From IMG/VR virus record IMGVR_UViG_3300032373_000028, positions 1-45,252 of that record: a stretch of 45,252 bases of DNA; one strand, 5' to 3'. Positions 42,038-45,252 of the stretch are shown here, in pieces. Within the stretch, counting starts at the first letter, position 1; every line of letters starts with the position of its first letter. Made by a program: the position numbers and the translations under genes. The DNA is from a virus (Duplodnaviria; Caudoviricetes). The notes under the pieces were generated by a model that saw only the letters and a list, made by a program, of their open reading frames with translations, was not told where the DNA came from and searched no databases.

Positions 42038-45000
42038 TGCCCTTCGACTTCTCCGGTCAGCCTCAAGAGAGCGAAGCATCCGTCCTCAAGGATCTAGCAC
42101 TGGCACCGGCCCGAGGAGCTGCAGGCTTCGCTCAAGGCGTCTACGGTCTCGCTGACATCCTGACCTTCGATAGCCTCCCCGACTGGAACTCCAACCCTCT
42201 CGGAGAGAGTAAGACCGCTGCAGGCGGTATCGTCCAGAGCCTCACCCAGTTCTCGCTAGGCTTCATCCCCATCGCTGGATGGGTGGGTCGAGGAGGCCAG
42301 GTCGCCGGCACCAGTGCCCGCCTGTTCAAGGGAGTCAGTAACGCTGCCATCAAGGGCTCAGGGAAAGCCGGCGCTGTCGCCCGAACCCTCGGCCAGGGAG
42401 CTATCGCTGGTGGCATCACGGACTTCGCGGTCTTCGACGGCCATGAGGGCCGGCTCTCGGACATCCTCCAGCAGTACCCTGCTCTCCAGAACCCGGTCAG
42501 TGAGTTCCTCGCCAGCGATGCCGATGACTCACAGTTCGAGGGCCGCATCAAGAACGTCCTCGAGGGCGCTGCTCTAGGGGGCTTCGTTGACAGCCTGGTG
42601 TTAGGCATCAAGGGGCTGAAGGCTAAGCGTAACTTCCTCGAGGCCAAGCCTGACGCTACCCCTGACGAGCTTGAAGCTGCCATCGACGCAGCTACAGGCG
42701 GACCTGACGCCCACCGTGCCACAGCCTTCTACGACCCTGAGGCTGACCGTCTCCGCCAGCTGGAAGAGGACCCGGTGGGAAACGCTCACCTGGACGTCAC
42801 CAGCCAGGAGAAGGCGCTGGGTGAGGCTGAGGCGCATGACTACCTGGACCAAGGCCCCCTCACTGACGAGGAGTTCGAGGAAGCTCTAGGCTCCTTCAGC
42901 GGGACTGAGGGTACGCTTCAGAATCAGGTGGACTCAGCGTTCGCTGATGTCGGGACTGACGCAGGCCGGACGTCAGATGAACTGTTCCTGGAGGAGCGCC
43001 GTCTCCAGAACTCCAGAGACCCTGAGGCTGTTGATGTAGACCTTGACCTTCAGGCTCAGGCAGCAGAGACAGTACGGTCTAGCGGATCTATCCAGCGAGG
43101 CGCTGAGCGGATCAAGAGCGGCGTTGCTGAGATGGTGTCTAAGTCGGACCTCTCGGCCGAGGATGGGCAGATCATCCAGGACTTCGTCGACCGGGTCCAC
43201 CCCCGCCTTCTCCAGGATGTTGGCTTCTCGTCAACCACTGGTGCCGGAGGCGTTGAGGGAGCGTTCGACTTCGCCACCTCAGTCGTTGAGGTCACCGCCC
43301 AGGCTGTCAAGAACGGCGAGGTCAAGCGGACGGCTATCCACGAAATCTGGCACTCCCTCAGCCGGTTCCTCCCGGATGAGAAGGTCGCCATCGTCAAGGC
43401 TGACTTCGAGAAGGCTCGAGCCGCTGCCATCCAAGCTGACCCTGACCTGGCTCGGAAGCTGGAGACTGGTGAAGCCCTTGGCCGAGAGAACTACCGCTTC
43501 AAGTCTATTGACGAGTGGTGGGCCGAGGAGTTGACGGATGCCTCTCTGAAGAATATCGAGCGATACTCTCCTCAGACGAGGGGCATCATCGCTAGAGGCA
43601 AGGTCATCTTCAAAGAGATGATCTCCGCAGTCCGCGCCAAGTTCGGCTACAAGCGGACTCAGGCCATGATGAACGACTTCTTCAACGGGAAGATCGACGT
43701 CAAGGCCCGGAACTATGACCTGGAAGGGAAGTATTCCAAGAGGCTTAGTGCGGGAGAGGTCCCCCACTCCACCCCGCTCAAGCGCCTGGGCTTCGAGGAC
43801 TCCGACATCGAGGAGTTCACTAAGGTCCTCAAGCAGAACAGGGAAGAGGCTGCTGACTTCGATGCCAACGGTGTCCTAGACGAGTGGCTGAAGGGTAAGC
43901 AGGATCGACTGAACCTCCGCTTTATGAGTTCCCAGGAGGATGCTGCCTATGTAGCCCGATCCTTCGAGGACCTCCGCCGAAGCGTCATGGAGGAGACCAC
44001 CCCTGGTCTCTCCCCTGTCTCCTTCGAGGAGCAAGGCGCGGCTGCGTCCATCCAGGTACAGGAGCTGCTCGGTAACGAGAACCCTCAGATGACTCAGGCT
44101 GCCGTTCTCAGGCGAGCCGGCGAGAGCATCAGTGAGGCTGTCACCAGCGTCCTGGCTGCCCGTGATGTACTTACCTCCAGCCGCTCCGCTACCGCTGAGG
44201 CTGCCTCCAAGCTCCTCGCTGAAGGTGGCGACAGTACCGACGGCTTCGCTGAGCTACTGGACCGGATCAACTTCGATAACGTCCTGCAGGCTGAGATCGC
44301 CGGCACCCAGGCGGAGCTTGGCCGAGGACTCGGCGCTCTCCGCAAGCAGGCCAACGCCGTAGGCGACCTCCCCATCACTGGCCTGGAGGGAGCAGCTCGA
44401 GACAACTTCGACGACATCCTCAACTCCAGTGGAGGACGAGAGAAGCTCAAGGGTCTCGCTCAGGACATCGTCACTGCCTGGGGTAACGGAGGCATCGAGG
44501 GAGCTATCAGCTCTGGCAAGATCCTGCAGGCCGCTAAGTCCAACAGGTTCGTCGGAGTCCTCACCGAATACTTCATCAACTCCATCCTGTCTGGTGGACA
44601 GACCCAGTCCATCAACGTGGCATCAGGTCTGATGGTGTCGCTCTACCGTCCTCTCGAGACGATGCTAGGGGCTGGTGGACAAGCCCTCTTCCGGGGCATC
44701 GGTGGTGGACAGGCTAGTCCCTTCATCACGGAGTTCAAGCAGGCGTTCAACGAGTTCGTCAACGTCATCTCTGAGTATACCGGGACTGCTCTCGACGTCA
44801 TGGGACTCGGCACCAAGCTGAGTGAAGGGACTCAGTCCGTTCCTCAGCTGGCCTGGAAGGCTGCACGTCAGGGCGAGAACATCCTGGACGTCCGTGGGCG
44901 CATCTCAGACACGACTGGTAACCAGAAGGCTATCAGCGCCGACAACTTCAACATCGACCCTGACTCCCCAGCCGGAGCCATCGTCAACGGCATCGGGACT

Positions 45001-45252
45001 ATAGTCAACATCCCTAGCAACGTCCTCCGAGGTACTGACGAATACATCAAGGGGACAGCCTATCGAGCCCGCGCTAAGAGTGTTCTTCAACGTCAAGCAC
45101 TATCTCAAGGGCTTGAGGCTAAGGACCTCACGGACTTCATTCAGAGCGGCCTGGACAAGCTCACCAAGGACGGCCAGTTCTACTCCCAAGAGACTCTCTA
45201 CTTCCGTGGAGTGGAGGTGGCAAAGAGCCAGGGAATCGAAGGCGCTGCAGCC
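42037..45252 (+). CDS. N-terminal part of the large internal virion protein (gp16-position), continuing at 1..1525
   Basis: ATG 42037 overlaps the upstream TAA (MPFDFSGQPQ...). The ORF track lists no terminated ORF in this frame. Contains HEIWH at 43339-43353. Confidence 0.85.
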   Translation, partial: MPFDFSGQPQESEASVLKDLALAPARGAAGFAQGVYGLADILTFDSLPDWNSNPLGESKTAAGGIVQSLTQFSLGFIPIAGWVGRGGQVAGTSARLFKGVSNAAIKGSGKAGAVARTLGQGAIAGGITDFAVFDGHEGRLSDILQQYPALQNPVSEFLASDADDSQFEGRIKNVLEGAALGGFVDSLVLGIKGLKAKRNFLEAKPDATPDELEAAIDAATGGPDAHRATAFYDPEADRLRQLEEDPVGNAHLDVTSQEKALGEAEAHDYLDQGPLTDEEFEEALGSFSGTEGTLQNQVDSAFADVGTDAGRTSDELFLEERRLQNSRDPEAVDVDLDLQAQAAETVRSSGSIQRGAERIKSGVAEMVSKSDLSAEDGQIIQDFVDRVHPRLLQDVGFSSTTGAGGVEGAFDFATSVVEVTAQAVKNGEVKRTAIHEIWHSLSRFLPDEKVAIVKADFEKARAAAIQADPDLARKLETGEALGRENYRFKSIDEWWAEELTDASLKNIERYSPQTRGIIARGKVIFKEMISAVRAKFGYKRTQAMMNDFFNGKIDVKARNYDLEGKYSKRLSAGEVPHSTPLKRLGFEDSDIEEFTKVLKQNREEAADFDANGVLDEWLKGKQDRLNLRFMSSQEDAAYVARSFEDLRRSVMEETTPGLSPVSFEEQGAAASIQVQELLGNENPQMTQAAVLRRAGESISEAVTSVLAARDVLTSSRSATAEAASKLLAEGGDSTDGFAELLDRINFDNVLQAEIAGTQAELGRGLGALRKQANAVGDLPITGLEGAARDNFDDILNSSGGREKLKGLAQDIVTAWGNGGIEGAISSGKILQAAKSNRFVGVLTEYFINSILSGGQTQSINVASGLMVSLYRPLETMLGAGGQALFRGIGGGQASPFITEFKQAFNEFVNVISEYTGTALDVMGLGTKLSEGTQSVPQLAWKAARQGENILDVRGRISDTTGNQKAISADNFNIDPDSPAGAIVNGIGTIVNIPSNVLRGTDEYIKGTAYRARAKSVLQRQALSQGLEAKDLTDFIQSGLDKLTKDGQFYSQETLYFRGVEVAKSQGIEGAAA
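45126..45252. repeat. Second copy of the 127-bp terminal overlap
   Basis: Identical to 1..127. Confidence 0.95.

Overview
This window is an apparently complete T7-like podophage genome (Autographiviridae-type), 45,125 bp once a 127-bp end overlap is removed. It is opened inside its largest internal-virion gene, and all credible genes are on the + strand. Gene order from the likely physical end near 10.9-12.2 kb: early genes (including an ArdA-like anti-restriction protein), tyrosine integrase, single-subunit RNA polymerase, SSB, Hjc-type resolvase, primase-helicase, a mosaic accessory island, family A DNA polymerase, LAGLIDADG endonuclease, exonuclease, portal, scaffold, major capsid, tail tube proteins, internal virion proteins, tail fibre, two Calx-beta/LamG/beta-helix adhesin-like proteins, and terminase. 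The integrase suggests a temperate lifestyle. I recognised no repressor, endolysin, ligase, tRNA or CRISPR array. The most interesting unexplained signals are non-coding: (i) a two-copy candidate phage-RNAP promoter, one copy of which fires into a tract of 15 GGA motifs; (ii) a stem-plus-pseudoknot element after terL; (iii) a structured capsid-gene leader; (iv) a recurrent AAGGCAAGAC motif just before start codons. There is also a gene built from repeat-bounded cassettes. All family assignments come from motif recognition by eye, not database searches.
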